64,000 bases of DNA. Source: Candidatus Multivoradales bacterium. Its GTDB lineage: Bacteria > Acidobacteriota > Thermoanaerobaculia > Multivoradales > JAHEKO01. Under the pieces are notes generated by a model. The model worked only from the letters and a program-made list of their open reading frames with translations. It was not told the DNA's origin and did no database searches. Location of the stretch: positions 224,001 to 288,000 of the forward strand of contig CBDCXM010000009.1 of assembly GCA_965223855.1 (NCBI GenBank). The letters run 5' to 3'. Shown here piece by piece: positions 1 to 9,139 of this stretch. The translations under genes and the position numbers were made by a program. Numbering within the stretch: the stretch's first letter is position 1; the number at the start of each line of letters is the position of its first letter.

Positions 1-2
1 CC

Positions 3-962
3 ATCCTTCGCGGCCAGGGCGTGGAAGACGTCCGGCTGCTGAGTTGCTCTCCAGGCACGGCAGGACTGGACCTGAGCACGGAGACCCTCTCCGATCGGGA
101 TGTCGTCTTCCTCTGCACCCCCTCCGAGGTCTCTCGTCGCTGGGCGCCCCGAGCTCTCGCTGCGGGGGCGCTGGTCGTCGACAACTCGTCCGCCTTCCGG
201 CTCGACCCGGCGGTGCCGCTCGTCATCCCGGAGGTGAATCCGGAGGCGCTGTCCGACTCGCGCCTGATCGCGAATCCCAACTGCTCGACCATTCTGCTCC
301 TGCTGGTGCTGGCGCCGCTCCATCGCGTCTTCGGCGTCCGGAGGGTCTCCGTAGCCACCTATCAAGCGGTCTCCGGTGCCGGAGCTCTCGCGATCGCCGA
401 GCTGCGCGAGGCGACCGCAGCCGCCCTCGACGGTCGGCCCTTCGAACCGACCGTGTTCAGCGAGCCGGTGGCGTTCAACTGTTTCAGTCACGACTCGGTG
501 GTCGACCCTGCGACCGGTTCCAACGGGGAGGAGGAGAAGATCGTCGCCGAAAGCCGGCGGATTCTCGCCGCCTCCGGCGGCGAACCGCCTCTCCTGACAG
601 CCACCTGCATCCGCGTCCCCGTCATCCGCTCGCACTGCGAGGCGGTCGATGTGACGCTCGCGCGGCCTGCCTCCCTGGCTGCCCTCAGGCGCGTGCTCGG
701 TGCAGCCCCCGCCGTTTGCCTCGTCGACGACCGACGGAGGAACCGCTTCCCGACGAGCCGCTCGGCCGAGGGAGGCGACGAGGTGCTCGTGGGGCGTCTT
801 CGTCTCGATCGCTCGCGACCGATCGAACGGGTCGGCGGCGTACTGCGAGGGCACGGCTGCCAGCTGTTCCTCGCCGGCGACCAGCTCCGTCGTGGAGCCG
901 CTCTCAACGCGGTCGCCATCGCGGCGCAGTGGCTCGCGCGCAGGTCGGGCGCAGCAGGGTAG
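3..962 (+). CDS. asd: Aspartate-semialdehyde dehydrogenase (5' end outside window)
   Basis: Motifs VVDNSSAFR, VPLVIPEVN, IANPNCST (catalytic Cys), TYQAVSGAG, TCIRVPV, GAALNAV; frame open from the window start. Confidence 0.93.
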   Translation: MLRGQGVEDVRLLSCSPGTAGLDLSTETLSDRDVVFLCTPSEVSRRWAPRALAAGALVVDNSSAFRLDPAVPLVIPEVNPEALSDSRLIANPNCSTILLLLVLAPLHRVFGVRRVSVATYQAVSGAGALAIAELREATAAALDGRPFEPTVFSEPVAFNCFSHDSVVDPATGSNGEEEKIVAESRRILAASGGEPPLLTATCIRVPVIRSHCEAVDVTLARPASLAALRRVLGAAPAVCLVDDRRRNRFPTSRSAEGGDEVLVGRLRLDRSRPIERVGGVLRGHGCQLFLAGDQLRRGAALNAVAIAAQWLARRSGAAG

Positions 963-982
963 CCACCCGATGCGCCGCCTCG

Positions 983-988
983 TACAAT
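983..988 (+). promoter_or_regulatory. Putative sigma70 -10 element (TACAAT) for purL
   Basis: TACAAT in a GC-rich intergenic gap ~55 nt upstream of the purL ATG; no clear -35. Confidence 0.4.
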
Positions 989-1042
989 CGCGCCGTCGCC
1001 CTACGGCCGCAGCCGCGCGCCCACCTCCTCCAGACGCCCCGA

Positions 1043-4000
1043 ATGGTCCAACGGATCGAAATCGCCATCCGCCGGGAGTGGACCGACCCGCGCGCCCGGC
1101 ACGCGGCGAAGCGGATCCGCGAGTTCCTTCACCTGCCGGTCGAGGGGGTGCGCACCCGCGACGTCTACCACCTCGATGCCGGGCTCGACGACGCCGAAGC
1201 GGAGGCGGTCGTCCGAGAGTTCCCGGACCCCGTCCTCCAGGTCGCCGCTCGAGACCGGATCGACGACGGAGCGTTCGATGTCGCCGTCGAGGTCAAGTTC
1301 AAACCGGGGGTCGCCGATCCGGTCGGCCGCAGCGCTCTGGTCGCCATCGAGGACATGCTGGGACGTCCGCTCGGCGACGGGGCTGCGGTCTACACCTCGG
1401 TCCTCTACCTGCTCGACGGCGTCGACCTCGACGAGGCGCGCACCATCGCCGAGGGGCTCCTCGCCAACCCGGTGATCCAGACGATCTCGGTGACCGACGA
1501 AGCGACCTGGAACGCGAGCGAGCCCGACCTGTCGATCCCGAAGATCGAGGGTGGCCCGGTACCCGAGGTCCTCACGATCGACCTCTCCGGGAGCGACGGA
1601 GACCTCGAGCGGATCTCGCGCGACGGGCTGCTCGCGCTGTCGCTCCTCGAGATGCAGACGATCCGGGACCACTTCACCGCGCAGGCCGCAAACAACATCA
1701 GGCGTTCCGAACTCGGCCTCGGCGCTGCGCCGACCGACGTCGAGCTCGAGTGCCTCGCCCAGACCTGGAGCGAGCACTGCAAGCACAAGATCTTCAACGC
1801 GACGATCGACTACCACGAGAGCGGCGCGGCGCCGCGGCGAATCGAATCGCTCTTCCGCAGCTACATCCAGCGGGTGACCCGTGAGATCGAGACGGAGCAC
1901 AGGGAAGCCACCGGCAGTTCGTGGTTGGTCTCGGTCTTTCACGACAACGCCGGCGTGATCGCCTTCGACGACGACCTCCACCTCGTCTACAAGGTGGAGA
2001 CGCACAACTCGCCGTCGGCGCTCGACCCGTACGGCGGCGCGATCACCGGCATCGTCGGCGTCAACCGCGACCCGTTCGGCACCGGTCGCGGCGCGAACCT
2101 CCTGTCGAACGTCTGGGGATACTGCTTCGCGACGCCGTTCTGGGATCGGGAGCTGCCGCCGGGCCTGCTGCACCCGAAGCGGATCCGCGACGGCGTGCAC
2201 CGGGGGGTGATCGACGGCGGCAACCAGAGCGGTATCCCCTACGGCCGCGGCTGGGAGATCTTCGACGACCGCTATGTCGGCAAGCCACTGGTCTTCTGCG
2301 GCACCGTCGGCGCACTGCCGGTCGAGATCGACGGCACCCCGGGGGAGGAGAAAACGGCGCTTCCGGGCGACGCGATCGTCATGGTCGGCGGGCGGATCGG
2401 CGCCGACGGTGTCCACGGCGCGACCTTCTCCTCGGCGGCGCTCGACGAGAGCTCGCCCTCACAGGCGGTCCAGATCGGCGATCCGATCACTCAGAGAATG
2501 ACCTTCGACTTCCTGCTCGAAGCGCGCGACCTCGGTCTCTTCAACGCCATCACCGACAACGGCGCCGGCGGCCTCTCGTCGTCCGTCGGCGAGATGGCCG
2601 AAGGCCCGGGCGGCGCGCGGCTCGATCTGTCGAAGGCGCCGCTCAAGTACGCCGGGCTCGCACCGTGGGAGGTTTTCCTCTCGGAAGCCCAGGAGCGGAT
2701 GACCCTCGCCGTGCCGGACGACAAGCTCGACGCCTTCCTCGAGCTCGCCCGACGACGGCGGGTCGAGGCGAGCGTCCTCGGTGCCTTCACCGACGACGGC
2801 TGGCTGCAGGTCACCTGGGGCGACGAGACGGTGGCGCTCCTGTCGATGGACTTCCTCCACGACGGCGACCCGGAGATGCGTCTCACCGCCCGCTGGGAGG
2901 AACCGTCGTTCACGAGCCCCGACCAGCGCCCCGACGATCACCGCCGGACGCTCCTCTCACTGATCGCCCGGCCCAATCTCGCCAGCAACGAGTCGAAGGC
3001 GCGCCACTACGACCACGAGGTCAAGGGGCTGACGGTGGTCAAGCCGTGGATCGGTGTCGAGGCGGACGTGCCGGCGGAGGCGACGGTCTTCCTGGCGCGC
3101 CACGACTCCGTCCGCGGCTACGTCCTTTCCGAAGGGGTCCATCCGCACCTCTCCGACCTCGACACCCGCGCGATGGCCGCCGTCGCCGTCGACGAGGCGG
3201 TGCGGCGGCAGCTCGCCGCCGGCGGCCGTCTCGACCGCATCGCCGCCCTCGACAACTTCTGCTGGCCGGACCCGGTGCAGTCGGCATCGACCCCTGACGG
3301 CGAGTACAAGCTCGCTCAGCTCGTTCGTGCCTGCGAGGGGCTCTACGACGCCTGTCACGCCTACGGAGTGCCGCTGATCTCCGGCAAGGACTCGATGAAG
3401 AACGATGCCGTGATGAGCGGCGTCAAGATCAGTGTGCCGCCGACGCTCCTCGTCTCGGCGATCGGACAGATCGACGACGTGCGCACCGCCGTCACCCTCG
3501 ACTTCAAGCGGCCGGGAGACGCGATCTTCGTCGTCGGCGAGAGCGGCCCGCACACAGGAGGCAGTGAGTACTTCCGGTGGCTGGGTGAGGAGGCCGGGCT
3601 GCGGGCGAGCGGCGGCGGCCCCGCGCCCTACGTCGGAGCTCGCGTTCCGGAGATCGACCTCGACCGCCAACGGCCGCTCTACGAGGCGCTGGCCGGACCT
3701 GTGGCGCGTGGCGTGGTGCGGTCGATCGCCGTACCCGGTCGGGGCGGGCTGGCGCTGGCCGCCGCGCGCGCCGCCATGGCCGGGCTGCTGGGCGCGCGAA
3801 TCGACCTCCGACCTCTGCCGACCGTGGAGGAGACGGCGATCGACGAGTTGCTGTTCGCCGAGTCGGCCGGGCGTCTGCTGGTGACCGTCGCCGCGGAGAA
3901 TGCCGACGCCTTCGCAGCGGCCATGGGCGGACGGCCGTGCGCTCGCGTCGGAACGGTCGTCGAGGATGCGACCCTGACCGTTTCTCACGGCTCGACTCCG

Positions 4001-4063
4001 GTACTCGAGATCGAGATCGAAGCGCTTCGCTCGGCGTTCAAGGGAGGGCTGGCTCATGCCTGA
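1043..4063 (+). CDS. purL: Phosphoribosylformylglycinamidine synthase subunit PurL with N-terminal PurS-like region
   Basis: AQTWSEHCKHKIF, KVETHNSPSALDPYGGA, DNGAGGLSSS, SEAQERM, ISGKDSMKN; start taken as ATG 1043 (MVQRIEI), not the ORF-track start at 44. Confidence 0.95.
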   Translation: MVQRIEIAIRREWTDPRARHAAKRIREFLHLPVEGVRTRDVYHLDAGLDDAEAEAVVREFPDPVLQVAARDRIDDGAFDVAVEVKFKPGVADPVGRSALVAIEDMLGRPLGDGAAVYTSVLYLLDGVDLDEARTIAEGLLANPVIQTISVTDEATWNASEPDLSIPKIEGGPVPEVLTIDLSGSDGDLERISRDGLLALSLLEMQTIRDHFTAQAANNIRRSELGLGAAPTDVELECLAQTWSEHCKHKIFNATIDYHESGAAPRRIESLFRSYIQRVTREIETEHREATGSSWLVSVFHDNAGVIAFDDDLHLVYKVETHNSPSALDPYGGAITGIVGVNRDPFGTGRGANLLSNVWGYCFATPFWDRELPPGLLHPKRIRDGVHRGVIDGGNQSGIPYGRGWEIFDDRYVGKPLVFCGTVGALPVEIDGTPGEEKTALPGDAIVMVGGRIGADGVHGATFSSAALDESSPSQAVQIGDPITQRMTFDFLLEARDLGLFNAITDNGAGGLSSSVGEMAEGPGGARLDLSKAPLKYAGLAPWEVFLSEAQERMTLAVPDDKLDAFLELARRRRVEASVLGAFTDDGWLQVTWGDETVALLSMDFLHDGDPEMRLTARWEEPSFTSPDQRPDDHRRTLLSLIARPNLASNESKARHYDHEVKGLTVVKPWIGVEADVPAEATVFLARHDSVRGYVLSEGVHPHLSDLDTRAMAAVAVDEAVRRQLAAGGRLDRIAALDNFCWPDPVQSASTPDGEYKLAQLVRACEGLYDACHAYGVPLISGKDSMKNDAVMSGVKISVPPTLLVSAIGQIDDVRTAVTLDFKRPGDAIFVVGESGPHTGGSEYFRWLGEEAGLRASGGGPAPYVGARVPEIDLDRQRPLYEALAGPVARGVVRSIAVPGRGGLALAAARAAMAGLLGARIDLRPLPTVEETAIDELLFAESAGRLLVTVAAENADAFAAAMGGRPCARVGTVVEDATLTVSHGSTPVLEIEIEALRSAFKGGLAHA

Positions 4064-4943
4064 GACGCTCGTGCCGGAGACGCCGAAGCGTGACTCGGAG
4101 ACTGCCAGGGTGTCGGACGTTCGAGTGCTCGTGCTGACCGGCCTCGGCCTCAACTGCGAAGAGGAGACGGCCGAGGGCTTCCGCCGCGCCGGAGCGACCC
4201 CCGAGCTGGTGCCGCTGGTCGATCATCTCGACGGGACCGCTCCACGGCCGCTTTCGGACTACTCGATCGTCGCGTTCGCCGGCGGTTTCGCTTTCGGCGA
4301 TCACCTAGGTGCCGGCTTCGTCTATGCCAACAAGATCCGATGGCGGCTCTACGACCAGATGCTCGAGTTCATCGACCGTGGCGGACTGGCGCTCGGGATC
4401 TGCAACGGCTTCCAGATGATGGCGCGACTCGGCATGCTTCCCGGATTCGACGGCGACTACCGGACGCCGCTGGCGACACTGGCGCCGAACGACCGGCTCG
4501 GCTACTGGGACGACTGGGTCGAGCTGGCCGCCGATCCGCGTTCACCCTGCGTCTGGACACGCGGCATCGACACCCTGGAGCTCCCCACCCGGCACGGTGA
4601 AGGGAAGTTCCTCACCGCCACGCCCGAGATTCTCGAGCGCATGGAGGACGGTCACCAGATTGCCCTGCGCTACGTCGACGCCGAGGGTCGGGTGACCGAG
4701 TCGTGGCCGGAGAATCCGAACGGCTCGCCCGGCGGCGTCGCCGGCGTCTGTGACCCGAGCGGGCGGCTGTTCGGGCTGATGCCTCATCCGGATGCCTTTC
4801 TGCACGACTTTCAGCATCCGCAGTGGTTCAGGCAGGAGAACCGGAGGGCCGCCGCTGCCGGAGAATCGAGCGACGGCGACGGGCTGGCGATCTTCCGCAA
4901 CGGCGTGGAAGCCGCCATGGCGCAACTCGCCGGCGGCGTGTAA
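4056..4943 (+). CDS. purQ: FGAM synthase glutaminase subunit PurQ
   Basis: GLNCEEE, GGFAFGDHLGAG, LGICNGFQ (catalytic Cys), HGEG, NPNGS, GLMPHPD; overlaps the purL stop. Confidence 0.95.
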   Translation: MPETLVPETPKRDSETARVSDVRVLVLTGLGLNCEEETAEGFRRAGATPELVPLVDHLDGTAPRPLSDYSIVAFAGGFAFGDHLGAGFVYANKIRWRLYDQMLEFIDRGGLALGICNGFQMMARLGMLPGFDGDYRTPLATLAPNDRLGYWDDWVELAADPRSPCVWTRGIDTLELPTRHGEGKFLTATPEILERMEDGHQIALRYVDAEGRVTESWPENPNGSPGGVAGVCDPSGRLFGLMPHPDAFLHDFQHPQWFRQENRRAAAAGESSDGDGLAIFRNGVEAAMAQLAGGV

Positions 4944-4976
4944 CGCTTCCCGCAGTCTTTCGCCTGAGAGTCCGAT

Positions 4977-5009
4977 CCGGTGGTCTCGACCGCCGACTCC
5001 GAACCACCG
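4977..5009 (+). repeat. Left arm of a 33-bp imperfect inverted repeat flanking the DUF1326 gene
   Basis: ccggtggtctcgaccgccgactccgaaccaccg matches the reverse complement of 5780-5812 at 28/33 positions. Confidence 0.5.
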
Positions 5010-5056
5010 CGCCCGGGGTGCACGCTCGTGCGCCCCATCCCTCGAGGAGACCCGAC

Positions 5057-5767
5057 ATGCTTCCATCGCCCTTCCTGTCCCGCATCGCCGCCGGCGCCCT
5101 CGCCCTCGGCCTGATTCTGGTTCCCGCCGTGGCCGAGACCGGCTCCGGCTGGGCGATCCGTGGCTACCTCTCGGACGCCTGCCAGTGCACCGTGTTCTGT
5201 GCCTGCGAGTTCGCCGAGAAGCCGACCTTCGGACACTGCAACGACACCGCGATCCTCCACGTCGATGAGGGTCATTGGGGTGAGGTCGACCTCTCCGGTC
5301 ATCGGATCGTCATCGTCTCCAAGAGCCCTGACGGCGAGCGGCTCGTCGATACGGTCGGCCATCTCGACTTCGCGCACATGTACGTGCCCGAGCAGGCGAC
5401 CGAGGTGCAGGCCGCGGCGCTCGCCGACCTCGCGCGTCAGGTCTTCGGCACCTGGGTCGAGGGGAAGACCACGCAGATCTCGGACCACGAGACGGTCGAG
5501 CGAGTCCCGATGGAGGTGTCGATCGAGCCGCGCCGCCACGTCGTCAGGATCCCCGGCATCCTCGAGCTCGACATCGAGGCACTCACCGGATGGGACGGCG
5601 AGGATCCTGTGACGCTCGTCAACGGGCCGGCTGCCGCGGAAGGGATGGAGCCGATCCTCGTCGCGCGTTCCAACGCCTACCGCTATACAGACCACGGTAT
5701 CGACTGGGACTACGGCGGTCGCAGCGCCTCGATCCGGCCGCTCGATCTGTCGGGCGACGTCGAGTAG
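5057..5767 (+). CDS. DUF1326-family Cys-rich protein with predicted signal peptide
   Basis: GAGGAG RBS before ATG 5057; hydrophobic N-terminus ending PAVA-E; WAIRG..DACQCTVFCAC..PTFGHC..IHVDEG-like..VDLSG pattern. Confidence 0.75.
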   Translation: MLPSPFLSRIAAGALALGLILVPAVAETGSGWAIRGYLSDACQCTVFCACEFAEKPTFGHCNDTAILHVDEGHWGEVDLSGHRIVIVSKSPDGERLVDTVGHLDFAHMYVPEQATEVQAAALADLARQVFGTWVEGKTTQISDHETVERVPMEVSIEPRRHVVRIPGILELDIEALTGWDGEDPVTLVNGPAAAEGMEPILVARSNAYRYTDHGIDWDYGGRSASIRPLDLSGDVE

Positions 5768-5779
5768 CGCCGCCGTTCA

Positions 5780-5812
5780 CGGTGGTTCTCAGCCGGCGGT
5801 CGAGGCCGCCGG
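5780..5812 (-). repeat. Right arm of the 33-bp imperfect inverted repeat
   Basis: Pairs with 4977-5009; overlaps the last codons of the MBL gene. Confidence 0.5.
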
Positions 5813-6655
5813 CCGCTCGTCGGGCTCGACACCGGGCTCGACGACACCCACCGCTTCGATCGCCAGCCACGGCGTCGGCACGCTCTGCTCGCTGACGCAG
5901 ACGCTGGCGGGGGAGTCGCACTCCGAGAGCACCCGACGGATCGCATCGGCGGCGAGCGCCGGGTCGTTGTTGACCTCCGAAAGGTGGAACAACACCACCC
6001 ACTGAAGACGCTCGCTGACGAGCTCCGCGAGGCCCTCGGCCGCCTCGCGGTTGGAGAGATGCCCGTAGCGGCTCGCGACCCGCTGCTTCAGGTGCCACGG
6101 ATAGGGTCCGTTGCGCAGCATTTCAAGGTCGTGGTTGGTCTCGACCACGAGGCCGTCGAGATCCCGCAGGTGCGCCCACGCGAGGCGGCTCGCCGTTCCG
6201 ATGTCGCTCACGAAGCCGACCCGCCGACCGGAACCGTCTTCGAGGGCGAGCCCGATCGGGTCCTCGGCGTCATGAGGGATCCGGAACGGCTGGGCCACGA
6301 AACCTCCCACCCTTTCCTGGCGGCTCGACACGAGCTCCCTCGTCGTTACGCGGTCGCCCAGACGGCTCTTTTCCAGGGTCGCAGCGGTCCCGAGGACCGT
6401 CGCGCCGTAGCGCCTGGCGAAGACGGCAGCCCCACGGACATGATCGCCATGCTCGTGGGAGAGCACGATGTTCCCCACCGTCGAGGGCTCGACGCCGACC
6501 GCGCGCAAGCGCTTCTCGATCTGCTTGCACGAGAAGCCGGCATCGATCAGCAGGCGGTCGCTGCCCGACTCGACCACGACACTGTTCCCGGCGCTGCCGG
6601 AGCCGAGCACGCACAGGCGCAGGGGGGCCGGAGCCAGACCGAGCGGGAGTTGCAC
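5789..6655 (-). CDS. MBL-fold metallo-hydrolase (YycJ/WalJ-like)
   Basis: VLGSGSAGN, LIDAG, SHEHGDH, PHDA, ETNHD, YPWHLKQRV..GHLSN, HLSEVNN. Confidence 0.88.
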   Translation of the reverse strand: MQLPLGLAPAPLRLCVLGSGSAGNSVVVESGSDRLLIDAGFSCKQIEKRLRAVGVEPSTVGNIVLSHEHGDHVRGAAVFARRYGATVLGTAATLEKSRLGDRVTTRELVSSRQERVGGFVAQPFRIPHDAEDPIGLALEDGSGRRVGFVSDIGTASRLAWAHLRDLDGLVVETNHDLEMLRNGPYPWHLKQRVASRYGHLSNREAAEGLAELVSERLQWVVLFHLSEVNNDPALAADAIRRVLSECDSPASVCVSEQSVPTPWLAIEAVGVVEPGVEPDERPAASTAG

Positions 6656-6711
6656 CGCGGCAAGCTATCACGCGCCCGCGGGGCCGAAATCGGGCCCCTC
6701 TGCGCCCGAAG

Positions 6712-7473
6712 TCAGAATTCGTACGTCTTGCCCTGCTCGATGAACGAAACGTCCGGGTGCCCCATTTCCTCCACCTCGGCGCGGATCTTCTCGAGATAGG
6801 GCGGCTTCAAGTGATGGAGGATGATCGGCACCCTGCGCTCGAGCTTGCGCAGCTCGCGGAACATCGTCGACGGGGTCAGATGCTGGCTCTGATCCGCCAC
6901 CGTCTGCAGGCTCGAGTCGAAGCTCGTCTCGAGGAAGATCGCCGAGAGGTTCGGCACCAGGTTGGCGATCTCCCAAAGCCGCCGGGTCGGCCCCGTGTCA
7001 CTCGACCACAGCACCGCCGCGCCCGCCTTCTCGATCAGGAAGCCGTGGGTGTGGACCACGTGGTGGGTCGGGATCGGCGTGAACTTGATCCCTTCGAGCA
7101 CGATCGGCTCCTCGTCGGCGAGCTCGTTGAAGCGCAGCGCCGGCAGCAGATGATTCGGCAGCCGGGCGAAGTCGGGCCAGAAGGTGTTGTTGAAGAGGTG
7201 GCGGCGGACCGCGTAGATCGTGTCCGGCGAGGAGAAGATGTTCACGCGGCACTCTCCGTCGCCGTAGACGTTGTCGATGAAGAACGGCAGGGCGTTGGTG
7301 TGGTCGATGTGCGAGTGCGTCAGCAGGATCGACCGGATCCGTCGCTGGTGCTCGACGGAGAGCGCTTGTGCCAGGCAGCCGGCGTCGAGGGCGATCGAGT
7401 CCTCGATCAGCAGACAGGTCATCTGACAATCCTGACTCTGCCCGCCGTAGCCGCCGAGGACCTTGATCTTCAT
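6712..7473 (-). CDS. MBL-fold hydrolase, class II 3',5'-cyclic-nucleotide phosphodiesterase-like
   Basis: MKIKVLGGYGG, LDAG, THSHIDH, HLFNNTFWPDF, SDTGPT, HLTP, HHLKP. Confidence 0.82.
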   Translation of the reverse strand: MKIKVLGGYGGQSQDCQMTCLLIEDSIALDAGCLAQALSVEHQRRIRSILLTHSHIDHTNALPFFIDNVYGDGECRVNIFSSPDTIYAVRRHLFNNTFWPDFARLPNHLLPALRFNELADEEPIVLEGIKFTPIPTHHVVHTHGFLIEKAGAAVLWSSDTGPTRRLWEIANLVPNLSAIFLETSFDSSLQTVADQSQHLTPSTMFRELRKLERRVPIILHHLKPPYLEKIRAEVEEMGHPDVSFIEQGKTYEF

Positions 7474-7507
7474 AGGCTCAGTCTAGCCGCTGACGGCCCA
7501 TCCCCGG

Positions 7508-9139
7508 TCAGGGCCGGGCGCCACCTGCGCCCCGATCGGGGAGCACGTAGACGACGCCCGGTTCGAGAGCCGTCAGTCGCCGCCGGAAGCCGGTGACGGA
7601 GACGACCTCGGCGTCGACGCGGTCACTGGTCGCCAGGCCGAAGTGGACACGCGGGTCGGACGCCGACAGATAGCTGGAGTCGCTCCGCGCTCGGGATGCC
7701 CTGCCGGCGACGCGAAAGGCGGCACCGGTTGCGGGGCCGACACCCGAACGCACCGAGAAGGTGATCGAGCTCCCCTTCTTCTGCGACTCGTTCCGAAGCA
7801 GCTCGGCCCGCGCGTCGCGATGCACGACGACGATGTCGATGTCGCCGTCATGGTCGAAGTCCGCGCCGGCAGCACCGCGACTGGTCCGGACGCGGGCCGG
7901 CTCGAGCGCGGTCGGCAGTGCCGCTAGGCGCCCGTCGGCACCCATCGTGTAGAGGCTGTCCGGCTCGGAGTACGGGTCGTCCCCGTCTGCCGGAGAGTGG
8001 AGGGCGACGCGCCCGTTGGCGACGAAGAGCTCGACCGCCCCGTCATGGTTCAGATCGGCGGTGACGAGCCCGAACCGCGTGAAGACGCTGCTGTCGGCAG
8101 CCAGCCCCGTTCTCGCGGTGCCGTCGGCAAAGTGCCCCCCGAGGTTGAAGAACAGGGAGTCCGACTCGCCTCGAAGATTGCCGACGACGAGGTCTGGATC
8201 TCCATCGCCTTCGAGGTCGACCACCGAGACCCCCATGCCCGCCTTGGCCGCTCCGGAGAAGTCCACCGCCACACCGCGGATCAGAGCTTCATCACGGAAG
8301 GTCCCGGTGCGGCGGTTCATCCACAGGCGATCGGGCATGCCATCGTTGGCGACGAAGACGTCGAGCCAGCCGTCACCGTCGAAGTCCTCGGCGACCACCC
8401 CGAGGCCGGTGCCCGGTTTCGCCAGCAGACCGCTCCTCGCGCTCACCTCCTCGAAGGTTCCGTCCCCGTTACCGCGATAGAGCAGGTCGGGCACCGGAGC
8501 CTCGTAGCTCTGCGGGCTGCAGTAGTCCCTGAGCCCCGCCACGGTCGAGCACTCGACCTCCGACTCGGCCGCCCAGTGGAGGTAGCGGGTGACGAAGAGG
8601 TCGAGGGCTCCGTCGCGGTCGAAGTCGAGAAACGATGCGCTGGCGCTCCAGCCAGGATCGCCGACCCCCGCCTGAGCGGCAACGTCCCGGAAGCGGCCGT
8701 CACCGAGGTTTCTCAGAAGCGCGTCCGGCCCGACTCCCGAGACGAAGAGATCGGCGAGCCCGTCGCCGTCGTAGTCGCCGACCGCGACACCCATCCCGTA
8801 GGCGCCACTCGGTGCGGGACCGTCGCGCCATTCGACCGGCTCGAAGCCTCGCCCTTCGAGATTCCTGAAGAGCCGATGATCCGAGGCCGCGCCCGCCGCG
8901 CCACCGATCTCGTGTCCCTGAACGAAGAACAGGTCCAGCCATCCGTCGTTGTCGTAGTCGATCCAGGCGACGCCGCCACCCATGATCTCCGGCATCAGGA
9001 ACGCCTGAGACGCACCCGAGTCGTATTGGAACGCCACTCCCAGTTCTTCCGCCCGGTCCACCAACCATGGCGCGTCCGCCCGCGACTGGCCGGCGAGCAG
9101 GGCGAGGAGAGCGAACAGCATCCTACTCGTCGGTCGCAT
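7508..9139 (-). CDS. Secreted FG-GAP/ASPIC-UnbV (CRTAC1-like) protein
   Basis: Signal peptide; repeated DYDNDGWLDL, DYDGDGLADL, DFDRDGALDL, DFDGDGWLDV; C-terminal SYLSASDPRVHFGL. Confidence 0.9.
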   Translation of the reverse strand: MRPTSRMLFALLALLAGQSRADAPWLVDRAEELGVAFQYDSGASQAFLMPEIMGGGVAWIDYDNDGWLDLFFVQGHEIGGAAGAASDHRLFRNLEGRGFEPVEWRDGPAPSGAYGMGVAVGDYDGDGLADLFVSGVGPDALLRNLGDGRFRDVAAQAGVGDPGWSASASFLDFDRDGALDLFVTRYLHWAAESEVECSTVAGLRDYCSPQSYEAPVPDLLYRGNGDGTFEEVSARSGLLAKPGTGLGVVAEDFDGDGWLDVFVANDGMPDRLWMNRRTGTFRDEALIRGVAVDFSGAAKAGMGVSVVDLEGDGDPDLVVGNLRGESDSLFFNLGGHFADGTARTGLAADSSVFTRFGLVTADLNHDGAVELFVANGRVALHSPADGDDPYSEPDSLYTMGADGRLAALPTALEPARVRTSRGAAGADFDHDGDIDIVVVHRDARAELLRNESQKKGSSITFSVRSGVGPATGAAFRVAGRASRARSDSSYLSASDPRVHFGLATSDRVDAEVVSVTGFRRRLTALEPGVVYVLPDRGAGGARP

